DNA of 51,461 nt, the filler included, from Diploschistes diacapsis (Eukaryota): assembly GCA_023645945.1 (NCBI GenBank). It is 3 parts of 3 records of this genome, joined end to end, with 100 filler letters (N's around TTAATTAATTAA, not from the genome) between each part and the next. Parts side by side here need not be neighbours in the genome. Positions count along the whole stretch, not along the records: positions 1 to 17,095 come from JALAIB010000470.1; positions 17,196 to 34,280 come from JALAIB010000471.1; 1 more part is not named here. One strand, 5' to 3'. Positions 13,131-25,035 of this stretch are shown here, piece by piece. A model generated the notes under the pieces. That model was given only the letters and a program-made list of their open reading frames with translations. It was not told where the DNA came from and searched no databases. Both the position numbers and the translations under genes were made by a program. Each line of letters opens with the position of its first letter. The stretch's first letter is position 1.

Positions 13131-14559
13131 GGAGAGGGAGTTAGTTATCTTGCGGGTTGCCGGTTGGGAGCGGCGTGCGAGATACTTTCGCTTGAAGTCA
13201 CCCGGTACGAGAGCTCTACGTTGAGCTTTCCTTCGTATCCCGAGCTAGGTAATGCATAAGATTCACAGACCATTCATATGCAGATCTTGCCCAGTGTCGT
13301 GCTCTGCTGGTATTACGTAGATGCTGCACGGCAGCTCGCACAACATTGATCTCAGCAGCAGCAGGAAGGTATTTCCCGAGTAGGAGAGTGCTACTGCCCA
13401 AGTGGATGCTTGCGAAGGGGCCGCTGTTGCTCAACTGCTGCTGCTGCTGCTACTGCTACGTCCTTTCGTGCGTCTGATCCTCTTGTTCCTCCGTTCCTCC
13501 GGAAGCCCCTCCGCGATCGGTGGCAAAGTACGAGTAATTGGCAAAGCTTTTTCATCATGAATCATGATGTTGGAAAGGTTAGGTGCGGGTTGAAGTCAAG
13601 AAAAAAAGGCTGCGACCGTTGTTGGGCGTACAGCGGACTCAAGGGATTGTTGCATGCCGTTGTTTTGCTTGCCTGACTGCCTGAAAAATTAGGAGGTGCG
13701 TCGGGCACTTGGGGGCCCCCCAGATAACTGGCAGACTGACTGCCTTCAATGTCGCCCCCCCCCCCTTGCGGTAGAAAGACCCCCCCTTACTTTTTTTAAT
13801 CCCTCATCGGCTCAACGTCCTCGATGGAGCACTACAAAGGTAGTAAGTAGCATTGAGCCTCTCTCAGCTCATCAAGAGGCCTATGCTCACGAGGAGGGGC
13901 AACTTTACCCGCACCTAACATCACCTCTGTTCGTGGGGTCGGAAAATTTCTATATGCAGCTATGCAGCTCCTGAGCTAGCTTGCCTTATTTCCTGTAATA
14001 TCTGCATCGAGAGGGTTTAGGTCTTACACTTGTTGCCACCTAGCGCATAATATGTGGGCTAAAAAGCTTGGTCGGAAGGGGTGAAGTGTCGATCCCACAT
14101 GAGAATCTACTCAACGTCAACATAGGCGAAAGCCGAAAACAAAATGAGTGCCGTGTAGCTGCTTGTCGGTCTACGGCAAAGTCAATAAGCGCCTGCAGGG
14201 GGCTCGTCGATGTTGCGCTTCGGTGCAGCGAGCCAATTTTGGACGTAGCACTGGGCTGTCTCCGCCGTTTATTTGAGCGGCATTTAAGCGGCAGGGAGGA
14301 GGGTTGCATCCAGATGCAAGCGTCCAAAATTTTGGGACCGTGTTCGCAGTGAAACGTCACTTATAACCACGGGTATCCGCAATTCGCCGTTGGGAACGCG
14401 GGATCGACGGTTTGGAAACCTTCAAGCGCATATGCATGCTAAGGTCCAACTAGTGCTGTGTGGCCTATAGAATCTTAAAATATATAGTATAGAAGCAAGG
14501 CGGATACAGCAGTCGGCCGTAATAGAGTCATAAGCTGTCAATTATGCGCTTCACTAACC

Positions 14560-15265
14560 ATTTTTCTTATGATCCTCCATACTCCATCAAATACCACTCC
14601 CACAGTAGGCTCGAAGTCATCATGAAACACAACAGCGAAGCTGAGGGTCCGGGCGAAAGAAAACAGTTGCAGAGAGCGGTGTAGGTGTAACGTGGGTCAC
14701 AAGGAAATGGAAACATGCAGAAATGCGTCGAGAAGCCAGATCGCGGTATTACGCAGAATCGGTCCATATTATAGGAGTCAAACACTCGTGTTAGGTCGTG
14801 CAACTGAAAGGACACAATCTTCTCAAGATTACCATAGAAGACTATCAAAATGGTGAGCCAAAGTAATCCAAGATATTGGCTGTGCCATCACCCAGCCCGC
14901 AATGTATTACCTTACTGTATGGGTAAATCCCTGACTTAATAAACGCAGGCGTACGTGCCTTTGAAACGGAGCCAGGCTCTTCCATCATTGTCAAGCTAAT
15001 ATCATTAAACTTCAGGCACAACATTCGCCAAGCTTCGTAATGCCATGCCGGGGAACGAATGGAGATAAAAGGTATAGTGATTGAAGATAGCCTCAGTCGT
15101 GGCTAGAAATATCGCAGCCAAAAAGACCCTTCTGTCGTGACTGCAGAAAATCCCAGAATAAATAAGGTTCTTGGCCTGATCTCAAAGGCTGGCCGCTCAC
15201 AAGACGATGAACTGACCGATGGGACTTCAAGCGGTACGACGACGACGACGACGACAACGACGACG

Positions 15266-15298
<33 letters not shown>

Positions 15299-17060
15299 TG
15301 CTAAATAAGATTGGAGAGAAAATTTAAATAATCCATTGAAACTTTGGACATGTACTTACTGTGCCTTTCTGCGGTAGAGGCTTATTTAGCTTGCTCACTG
15401 CAGATGACATGAAGCAAGGTGTCTACACTTAGAGTAACTTAGTCATGGCTAAGCTCCCTTTGATCACTTGGCAGCGGGTGGGCACGGCTTTTGCAACATA
15501 GGATGGAAAATTTCTTCGCACAGTTCCAACATCAAACATCAATCAATACTCACCAAAAAAACACCCTCTACAGAAGCACTTACTTCCTTTTTACGAGGAA
15601 CCAACGCTTATCTTATCGAGCTTTGTGTAATAGTACTAAACAGTAAGAAGTACCAGAGGCGAGTCACGAAGCTAATCTGTGGCCCAACGCAATTTTCAGA
15701 CTTCTTCAAAGCCAGACTTTTCCTATTCATAAACAATCAGAACCGAGCCTTTTCCCACAAGGAGCACAGTGGTATCGTGTCTGTAAGGAGCAGATTATGA
15801 ACATCGCCTCAGCAGATAGTGGCCCGAACATCCGTTCCACTAAGATTGGACGGTACTTGCATGGTCGAATATTTTTGATACTGTTGCGGACTATAAAGCT
15901 CATCCTCTAAACCTGTTGGGAATATGATGTTCTAACCTCGATAAATGACGAAACTTTAGGGAGCCGCATGGTGTAACTGGCGTACTGTATTCGTTATCAC
16001 CACAATCATTTTTGGTATGCTCCCAAGCCTTTGCTAAGTCTTCATCAAGCACCGCAATTTGATGCAGGATACCAGCATCACGATGGTCCACAATATGATT
16101 GAATATGAAGGCCGGCAAGAGACTGGGTGGAGCTTCAGGAACAGGTCCTCCGCTCTGCAATGAGAGACCTCCGGTAGCATTTCATAGCGCTACCATAATC
16201 TCGTCAGAGATATTTAGAACGTCAAGGTCGGTTAACCCCGCAGTTTCTCTTCTTGAAGGCACTGGCCAATAATGTCCTACGATGCAATTGAAGCTAGAAA
16301 AGGGGCACTGCAGATGCTAAGCGTTCATTAGTGTCGAGCACATGTACCGGGGCCTGTGGAGGACTTCCGGTTCCATCGACTCTGTCTGTTATAGAATGCT
16401 CAGCATCTTGCATTCGTTAAGGTTTCTATCAAGAGTCACTACCGCGCTGCAGTCGTTATTTAGGTACTTAGGTACTCGAAGCATTCCGTGATGCAATGGT
16501 CGGTCCACGTTCACTATTACCACCTCTTGAAGTATTTTAGACGTGCAGAGTTGTATTGGACTCAAGTATTCTGCAAAGAGTTCGAAAATGAGAAACGCCT
16601 ATTCTTCTGTGGGTGGGACTTATTCGAAAAATTCTCGTGCCTCATACCTGACGGCAGTTTCTTGTTACTGCCAGTTGGAAGAACAGTCGTACTTACTTTA
16701 CGCTAGTGAAGCAAATGATCCTAAAAAACGGCTCTAAACGCTAGGCCGCGCGTAAGATATCCGCGTTCGAGACGATATCGTGAATCCGGGGCATTTGGGT
16801 TACTATTTACGGTCATCAGCCTTTGGACTTCTTGACTCAATCTGGTACTCTTTCCGGCACTTCGAGTCCAGGGTGTGCGTCTACCTTCCAACTGCTCCCA
16901 AGCCACGCACCTTGGGTATTCCCCATTATGCCACTTGTTGCAAATGAAGTGGTGCGCAAGAAGACAACATGGCCACCATTGTACTTTGCAGGGGTATGAA
17001 ATATACCAGATAGAGTTTATACGCTTGTTGTGTAGAGTATGATCCTTCGTGAGCCTTACC
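14560..17060 (-). pseudogene. Degenerate multi-exon gene of unknown family with many C->T-type stop codons; boundaries approximate
   Basis: Protein-like frames (e.g. TQMPRIHDIVSNADILRAA*RLEPFFRIICFTSVK|YEAREFFE*VPPTEE*AFLIFELFAEYL) joined by GTAAGT...CAG intron 16696-16648; the stops can be explained as CAG/CAA/CGA -> TAG/TAA/TGA. Confidence 0.55.
15235..15297. repeat. Compound trinucleotide microsatellite (GAC)n(AAC)n
   Basis: Directly visible tandem GAC then AAC units. Confidence 0.95.
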
Positions 17061-17095
17061 TATCCCGATTCCTCCGCCCAGCCCCAGCCCCAGCC

Positions 17096-17195
17096 NNNNN
17101 NNNNNNNNNNNNNNNNNNNNNNNNNNNNNNNNNNNNNNNTTAATTAATTAANNNNNNNNNNNNNNNNNNNNNNNNNNNNNNNNNNNNNNNNNNNN
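17096..17195. other. Assembly spacer with six-frame-stop linker TTAATTAATTAA (17140-17151)
   Basis: 44 N + TTAATTAATTAA + 44 N; identical to the spacer at 34281. Confidence 0.97.
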
Positions 17196-17225
17196 CAGGT
17201 TACATCCGCACTGCTTTATTCTTCG

Positions 17226-17226
17226 T

Positions 17227-17261
<35 letters not shown>
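17226..17261. repeat. (TG)n microsatellite
   Basis: Visible TG run with one interruption. Confidence 0.95.
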
Positions 17262-17264
<3 letters not shown>

Positions 17265-18221
17265 CCGGGCCGCGCCCCGAGCCGATCCACTGATTGGCCG
17301 TTTTCCATCAACGACCGCACTCAGCTGAAAGCGTGCGCGGACGCAAAAAATATTGGATGTTGGCCGGAATCGGCAATGGAAGGAAGAGGGGGGGGGGCCG
17401 CATTCTGGATTGAATGAATCCACAAGCAAATAATATCTTTGTGTAAATGAAAAATGGGGGTGTGTAACAATGAAAATTTGATTAATTTACCAAAGGAGGG
17501 TGGGAAGGCGGATTGCGCAGCGATTGCATTGCATTTACACATTGCAGGCCATGTGACTGTAACCCCCAACCCGCGCCACCTCCCCCCCCGTTTACCGGTC
17601 CTTTTGAGTTGGTATGCTTTTTGCAATGTGCGGTGGGTGTGGGTGTGTGTGGCACGAGTTGTTGGATCAAGGGAGACTACTGGTAACTATAAAAATACAA
17701 AAAGCATCTTTGAAGGGTTGAGGGTTGTGGCGAAGCTGAGCGATTTTTTCAGGGTTTTTTTTTTCTTTCTCTGTTTCGGCAATCCTACCCTATTCTCCGG
17801 TGCTCGGGACGCCTCGTACCCACACATTGGCTATGACTCCTGAAATAAGAATAAGTTACTGAAGTCAAAGTCATGCGTAAGTTAATCCCCAATGATTAGT
17901 GTGTCACATGTGGCTCGGGGTTTTTTTGAAGGCTGCTTAAATCCGATACAGCCGAGCATGACCCCTTAGGCTTGCCTGCTAAGTTGCCCGCTAAGTTGCC
18001 TCCTTGGTAGCACCCAGTATACGACTTGAAGGCACCGTATCCGATATAAGAAGCTACTCGTTCAGTTGGTAACAGGACTACTTGCCTGAGAACTGAACTT
18101 CAAGTTGTGGGAAATTCTTCCTTGGTAAACTTAAAGAGAGTTATTTTATATCAAAGCCGTATTCAGATAAGCGAAATCAACCACATATTTCCTGCTTGCT
18201 GCTGCTCTCAATCTAACAATC

Positions 18222-19407
18222 ATGCCGACCCAGGCGCTCTTCGACAAATATCCCCCCTTTCCTAACGACCTCCCCATTGCTGACCTTACCCGCGTTTCTT
18301 TCGCAAAGCTACTGGCCAAAGATGAAGCCGAGTCACAGAAGCTCTTTGACGCTTGCAGGGCATGGGGTTTCTTCCAGCTCGACTTTGGAGGCTGCCCGGA
18401 GGGGGATTCATTCCTTCACTTGGCGGAGAAGATGTTCGAACTCAACGAGGAAGTGAACGCGCTGGAGCAGGAGGAGCTGATGCGATATGCATACAAGCCT
18501 CCGCACTCTTTGTTCGGGTAAGCAAGCCTTTTCCTTGTCTTGCTGCCTGTGAGAGTTGTAGTCCGATCTTGCTTTGGCTGCGAAACTGTCAAATCTCGTA
18601 TAAGATTCCTAGCTCACTGTTCAAAGATACAAGCACGTCGGCAATCTCAAGATTGAGGATGGTCGGCCCGATCGCGTAGAGTTCTACAACGTCGGTCAGG
18701 ATGACATGACTGGTGTTTCAGCTCCACTGGCCAATCCCGAATGCATCGAAGCCCATCGAAAGGAGTTGAAGAGCTACCTAGAACAAGCACATTCCGTCGT
18801 TGGCGTGGTTTGTTCCGTCCTCGCCAAACAGTTGAACCTTCCACCCGGCACGCTTGACGCTCTGCAACCCTTGGACAAGCCGTCGGGAACAGCTTTGCGT
18901 CTTCTTCGCTATCTGCCTCAGCCAGCTGAGGATCGTCGGACCAGTCTGCTAGGGCATACGGATATTGGATCTCTGACGATTCTCTTCAACATCACAGGTG
19001 GTTTGCAGCTCCTGCCTCCTGGTGCAGACGCTTCGCAGGATTCGGATTGGAGGTACATCAAGCCCGCGGTAGGCTGTGCGATTATCAACCTCGGTGATGC
19101 CATGGTTGAGTGGAGTGCGGGCATTCTGAGAAGTAACATACACCGTGTCACGTACGCACCGGGAGACCAGGCGAAAGTACCGCGTTACAGCCACGCGTAT
19201 CTGCTCAGACCGGACGGCGATGCACCAATGAAGCGGCTCGCTGGTGGAGAAAGCTTGGTCCCTGAGCTCGAAGAAGGGGAGGAAGACAACCTGATGAACG
19301 CACGGGAATGGGAGGCGCACAAGGCAGTTGCGATCAGAGCTGGGAGGGACAATGCACGCAGCAGGGGCGGAAGAGAGCTCAAGGTGAAGCGAGAGATTGC
19401 CGTTTAG
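18222..19407 (+). CDS. 2-oxoglutarate/Fe(II)-dependent dioxygenase (DIOX_N + 2OG-FeII_Oxy); intron 18518-18626
   Basis: LFDACRAWGFFQL N-terminal motif, LRLLRY, HTD (HxD), NLGDAM, distal His in NIHRV, RYS 2OG-binding motif. Confidence 0.9.
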
Positions 19408-19664
19408 GTTTCCGAAGAGTAATCATTGCGAATTCTTGTGCCATCGAGAGCAAAATCTAACACGACCATGTAATTGTGAGAGCTCGCTGTAAGTTAGGTA
19501 TCTGTAAGTACTGAACGTTTAACCTCCTACATTCATATTCACATTCGCTCTACCTAGCTTGGTCCACCCACTCATGGGTGTCTTGATGGCTACTAAATTC
19601 ATGCATAGTGCACCAGCGACATATTCTTCGTAGTAGAGAGGTTTTACAACCCTATCAATGCGCT

Positions 19665-20314
19665 CGCTGCGTAAGTCCAGATATAGCTAACGCTTTTTCA
19701 GGGCCTTGGCAATAGACTAATCCAAATTAAGAAGTATATCAAAATATAATGCTCTTAGTAATTTCATCTCTTTTGAACATAGTCAAAAAGGTCTAAAATA
19801 TGGCCATTTCACGTTTTTAGAGGCTTGTTTTGAGGCGCCGTAGGGCCTTCATTATTTTAAATTTTTTGTTATATCTAAAAACAAAACGCGAGGCGCTTAG
19901 AGGAGTGGAAAAAGAGGGGAAGACATCAAAATACGGAAATAATAGTGGACGCTACGGCATTTAATATCAGCGTTTATCATTATCTAAATCGTAAAATTGA
20001 GGGCCTGAGAGCGTAGAAATAGGCGTCGTTGCCTATCCCCTACGCTTTATAGAGGCAGATACGTCGCCGGCGGCCTTTAAAGGCGCCGGATAGTCCCATT
20101 TTAGAGATTTAAAATGGAAATTTATCTACGCTGCGGATGCGTCGGTGGAGGGCCGTAAGGCTCTCCTCGACGCTTATCTACATTAGGACTTACGCAGCGT
20201 AGGCGACGTCTGCGGTTCTGTAGGCGGACGCTGCCTACACTTTCGGAGATGCTTCCCAAAGAGGTAAGCAGCGCTGCGCGCCGAGACATGAGCTAACTAC
20301 GATAGGACTTACGC
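19665..20314. mobile_element. Degenerate non-autonomous DNA transposon (MITE-like) relic
   Basis: CGCTGCGTAAGTCC (19665-19678) is the exact reverse complement of GGACTTACGCAGCG (20186-20199); GGACTTACGC recurs at 20305-20314; interior partly AT/TpA-rich with no ORF. Confidence 0.4.
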
Positions 20315-20734
20315 GGTGCATTTACAGTGTTGCTAAACCTCTCTAGTAAACTCAATGCAACATATCATAGCGCCAGCCTTATGGTACCTGGCTAGGCCAG
20401 CCTCGGTGCCCAAGACTAGAATGGGTACGGCCTTAGTCTCAACCAATTTTTCTGAAACTTCGCAAACTCGTACATGCGACTTTCAGTCTACTATATGGTG
20501 TTCCTTCAGGCTTAGGGGCTGGTTGATAGCGGCCTGTCCGAGGAGCCAGGTACATTCAGATTGCGGTGAGAAGCGATCATAAATTGAAGTAAAGAATATA
20601 TCGATCTAATCAATCTGTCTGAAATTGAAAGAGGAATTGGATCAATACTAAGCCAGCTTAGCAGGTCGCTTTTCCATCTTGGGAAATGAAAAAAAGATAC
20701 GAGAAACAGTGAAGCTGCTGCAACTTCACCGAAG

Positions 20735-22311
20735 ATGGGAGGGCCAGTGTCAGGGCTGGATGAGCTCGAACCCTTTCCTCCGCCATCAGATGATCACCCT
20801 AGGAGTCTCTTCGCAGACCCTCAATGCTCAGACTTGTCGCCAAATTGTCACAGTTCAAGGCCTTCCGACGGCCGTCCGCAACCTGTTTTTGGCAAGCCTA
20901 CATCCATGTCATCCCCTTTGGGCAGGCACGCAAAACACGCACACTTCACCAGCGGATCAAGCCGGCCATTCGGCGGTGGCACTCGTGGAAATTCTGCAGC
21001 TGCATCATCTCCCTTTGCTGTTCTCCAAGGCTCTGGACTATCTTTCGAAGGGTTTGACAACCTATCAAAAACACCAACGACAGTGGGGGCAGTGCCCAGC
21101 CCATCCGAAACAAAGGTTGGCAGAGAAGAGAGTAACCCCAGACCATCTTCTTCAGATATTAAGGCATCTTCGATCTCGACTAGTGCCGAAGTACCCCTCC
21201 CTAACGTCGAATCGAAAATTGCCTTCAATACGAAAGTCCCTGACGCTTACGGCCCGAGTACAATAATCCCTCCATTCAAAGATCGATGCTCTAGCAGCTT
21301 GTCCGGTGATGAACAACTCACTCCGCCAGACGATAAGATAAACGAAGCAGGGCTGGAAGAGACTGGTGGCGGAAATTTGGGTACTTTGGGCACATCTTAC
21401 GAGAATCCCAGTGTTCAAAGAGAAGGCTTGTTAGGCTCAGGATCCGCCTCTAGTCCGAAGATTCCCTCTGTGGCCTCGTCCGGCTGTGGTGATGTATGTC
21501 TCCAAATGAACACTTCAATGCCCGGCCACGTTCGTTCTAGTTTTGAGATGAGCCCCAGTCAATTGTTTCTACGTTTATTTCGACTGACGTTGTGCAGAAG
21601 GATGCATCCCCACTCGGTCAAGCAAAAGAAGAACCCAGGGATAGCTCCAATGACTTGAGCCGCTCACTTTCCAAGGAACATTATCGCAAAGACGAGATAG
21701 AATGGTATCGCAGTCCGCCACGACCTAAAGCAACCGGGTCATTGGCAGCTGCCCTTTGCCTAAGGTACATGGACTTTGCGTATCCGGAGCTTAGGCTACT
21801 GGTGGACCATATCGATTTGTTCAAGCATAACGAGCCATTTGTAGGAGCATTCGGTTCCGAAAAGGAAAGACTCTTTGCAAGAAAAATTCGCTCCACCACA
21901 GACGACGCAAGGAGGGCCGATGCCACGGTTGAACACATTAAATCAACCTCAATTGACGACGCAGCTGTCGTTATAGGAGCGAAAATTGCAAGACAGAAAC
22001 TTGAATATTATAACCAATGTTTGAGTACCTGGGTACTTTCCAAGCACGAGTGGATTGAGCACTACGAGAAGCTCAGCGCTAATATCCAAGCCTGTCCGCC
22101 CACCACCGCTTCAGAGGCGTTCACAACTCGCAAAGCTCTAGACGACTGGGAGGAACGCCATTTGGAGATCCTTGCCGATGACCTAAAAGCAAAGAAAGCG
22201 GAGTTGGAAACGTTCATCCAAGATATACGGAAGACTGCTACTTTTAATAAACCTCAGAGAAGGCCGATTGCTAAGCATTGGAGGCTACTTAGCGCATTTG
22301 ACACAATATAA
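20735..22311 (+). CDS. Uncharacterised protein (~490 aa): low-complexity S/P/G N-terminus plus helical C-terminal domain shared with 25036-26595; intron 21494-21597
   Basis: GTATGT donor, CTGAC branch and GCAG acceptor join two ORFs in frame; C-terminus aligns with the neighbouring paralogue (EIEWYR, HID..NEPF, LEYY..LSTWVLSK, LDDWE..HL). Confidence 0.75.
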
Positions 22312-22599
22312 TTGAGCATTTTGCTGGTGCTTTCGGGATCAACGTGGAGTGAAACAGCTGCTGAGATCAAGTGTTCTCAACTGAGATATGACTGCCCCAC
22401 AAGTAATAGTAAGTTCGAAGCAGTTTATAGCGCTGTGGTAAGTAATGTACAGCTCTTACTTTTCCTCTACAATGTTATTTTATGGGATGAGAAGATGCGA
22501 ATAAAGACGACGAAGCGCCCCCTGAGGGCAGCCACACAGTTGAGCGCATTTAATTGCAGGGTACTTGTAGGCGGATGACTTGATGGCTATTGTGTTACT

Positions 22600-23150
22600 A
22601 GCTCTCTTCACGTTCTGGTGTTCTGGCACTTGTTCTTGTCGTTAACCTGAATATGCCTGCATCGAAGCACAAATTATCGTTCATCCAAAGGTCTCTAAAC
22701 ACTTCGCATATCTCAATATAAGCACAAAACCACAAGCCTCTCCTTCCTGAGCATTCTGAGGTCCTCTCTCTCCCGGACGCCAACCCCTTCACCACTGCCA
22801 CAGCTCAAGCGCAATCTCATGTATCTCCATCACAGTGGTGCTGTGACTGGAAACCGCAGTTCGCACCGTAGTGCCTGCAGTGCCTCGAACTTCCACCCGA
22901 GGATCCTCCGCCCCCTTTGTTGCCGATGGGAGGAGAACTCTACCTTGGCGAGCCCGAGCAGTCAGTCTGATCTCATAGAAATCGTCAAGATCACGGGCTG
23001 CAAGGTAGTCCTCGAAGTCGAAATCGCAGGCTCGGAGACGGTCGAAGTGGTCTCGGGCGTAGAGGTCGGTTCGTGGCCACGGTGAGCCTGGACGCCGGCT
23101 ATCAAAACAAGTACGAAGCTCGTGGCTGCTAGAAGGGTTTCGGCATGCAT
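22600..23150 (-). pseudogene. Frameshifted small secreted prepro-protein; 3' end approximate
   Basis: Signal-peptide-like MHAETLLAATSFVLVLIAGVQA, then after a 1-nt shift DLYARD..LRACD..YLAARDLDD..LTAR repeats, then a Gly/Cys-rich frame with TGA stops. Confidence 0.5.
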
Positions 23151-25035
23151 CGTGGAGAGAGGAGTTGAGGCGTTGATGGCTAGGTAGTGGAGGCCTTGTA
23201 AGTGTGAGAAGGTGATGGTCTTTCACGGCCGGCACAAGCTGTCAGTTATATCGTAGTTAAGAAGAAGGATTGTATTATTCTGCAAGAGATGTCTGTAAGC
23301 GGATTATATACATTCTGTATGACTAATCATGTCCCCCTGCTCCTGCTCCTTCTCACACAAGCAGCCTCCTATACATCGTGACTCTGGCCCGAAGCCTCAC
23401 TGACGATTCAATGTCGGTTTAGCCGAACTTCCAAACAACGGCAGCGGGGTCAAATTGGTTCTCCGATTCATGGTCTGCCGTATAGCATTCATACAGAGCT
23501 GGTATGATGTCTTAACTACGGGTCCGAACCAGACTACTTATACGATCGTCGATATTTTAAGAGATCTGAATCTCACCTGAAACCACCAAAGTTAAACGTT
23601 TAAATTTAAAGCTGAACATCCACCTACATTCTACATTCCTCGCAGTTGAGTTATCTGATTCTCGCCCCAGATTGACCAATCAGCTAATGCTGACTGAAAT
23701 GACTCTGTCGTGAGGACTGCATATGTCAGAAGCTTGGTATTGTCAACCCTCCTGCAGACGTTGGAAGCATCCAGGTACCACAGCTTCATACTAATACCCT
23801 CGTACAGATCGATTTACAATGGTCACCGTAACTGGTGTTGACCAAGACGCTTAGTGCCAGTAGGGTTTTCAGCCCTGCGGATATAATGTAGCACCTTTGG
23901 CGTTTAGTGAGAGAGCATTAGATGATGTTTTGGTCCTGATGGCATCCAGCTCGGCAAACGCCCCAAATAGTCTGTTTCGACGTCTCTATCCTGCTCTCCC
24001 TGCTGTAAACTCGATATTGACCCATAACTTAACGAGTGAGTACAGCGCATAAGATAATAAGTCCTAACGGCACCATTTAGAGACTTCATCAGCAGAATTA
24101 TCGCAGCCCCTGTATTGGCCGGCAGACTAGAATGGGGGACGATGGAAACTGCTCTACCGCCACTGCCCTTGGCAACAAATCAACAATCATTGGCCTGTAT
24201 GCAAGTTCATCGTCACATCTTTTACGGCAGTGTTGGATCATTTAAATAGAGGATCCCAATGTTTCTCTATCGAAGAATCTCGGATCAATTTTGGCCAATG
24301 ATTGCTGGATCTGCGTGCAACTAATTAGCACCGATTCGACGACCTGACGCCGGGTTTATCTTATACTCGATCCGTAGGTGCCCATAGAGCCTAATTTCTA
24401 ACTCAATAGTCATGTTACGTGATGGCCCAGTGTGAGGTAAATCGTTGTGTTTCCTGAATAGCGTATTCCACACTTTTTCCACACGTATTTTGACAATGTT
24501 GTAGGATACACAGTAGGAATCGTGGTATCCCTTGATGGTACGTACGCCTTGAAGATGTGGGTCAGTATTGCTGAGCGTTCAGAAGGCTTCAAAGCCTAAA
24601 GGGCGCCAGTATAGTCCCTTGAATAAGAACTCACTATAGTATCGTTCAACGAGCAGAAGAAAATACGAGAAGGATCACGAAGCATCCCCCAAGGGCATTT
24701 ACTCTTTTTGCAGCCATGATGCGTTACTGTATGTATTATGTAGGATACCCGAGTTTGTCAGGGCGAAGTGCAGCGTACCTCTATGCCTGTAACCCTGTTC
24801 AACATTCAATGAGTTCCTCAATTTATTACTAGACTACCTGTCTCTCCACGTGAATCTTTACACTCTAGTATACTTTCAACACCTGGTCATTCTTTGGTGG
24901 TTTCAGGTGCTGACACTAGGATGAATATTCACCCATTACCTTCCTCTATTTAACTGCTTCCACTCAAATGCGTTCTTCATCAAAATCAGCATCAGTCGAA
25001 GATCTCGAGACGGTAGACAGTCTGGGCCATCGACC

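Noticed and set aside
15093..15299. Poly-Leu/Ser ORF resembling a signal peptide
   Set aside because: Produced by the (AAC)n(GAC)n microsatellite.
17140..17151. TTAATTAATTAA palindrome as a biological site
   Set aside because: Embedded in N runs and repeated identically; assembly linker.
17196..17850. G/C-run-rich stretch as a transposon end matching 13680-13800
   Set aside because: Only very short matches and separated by an unsized gap.
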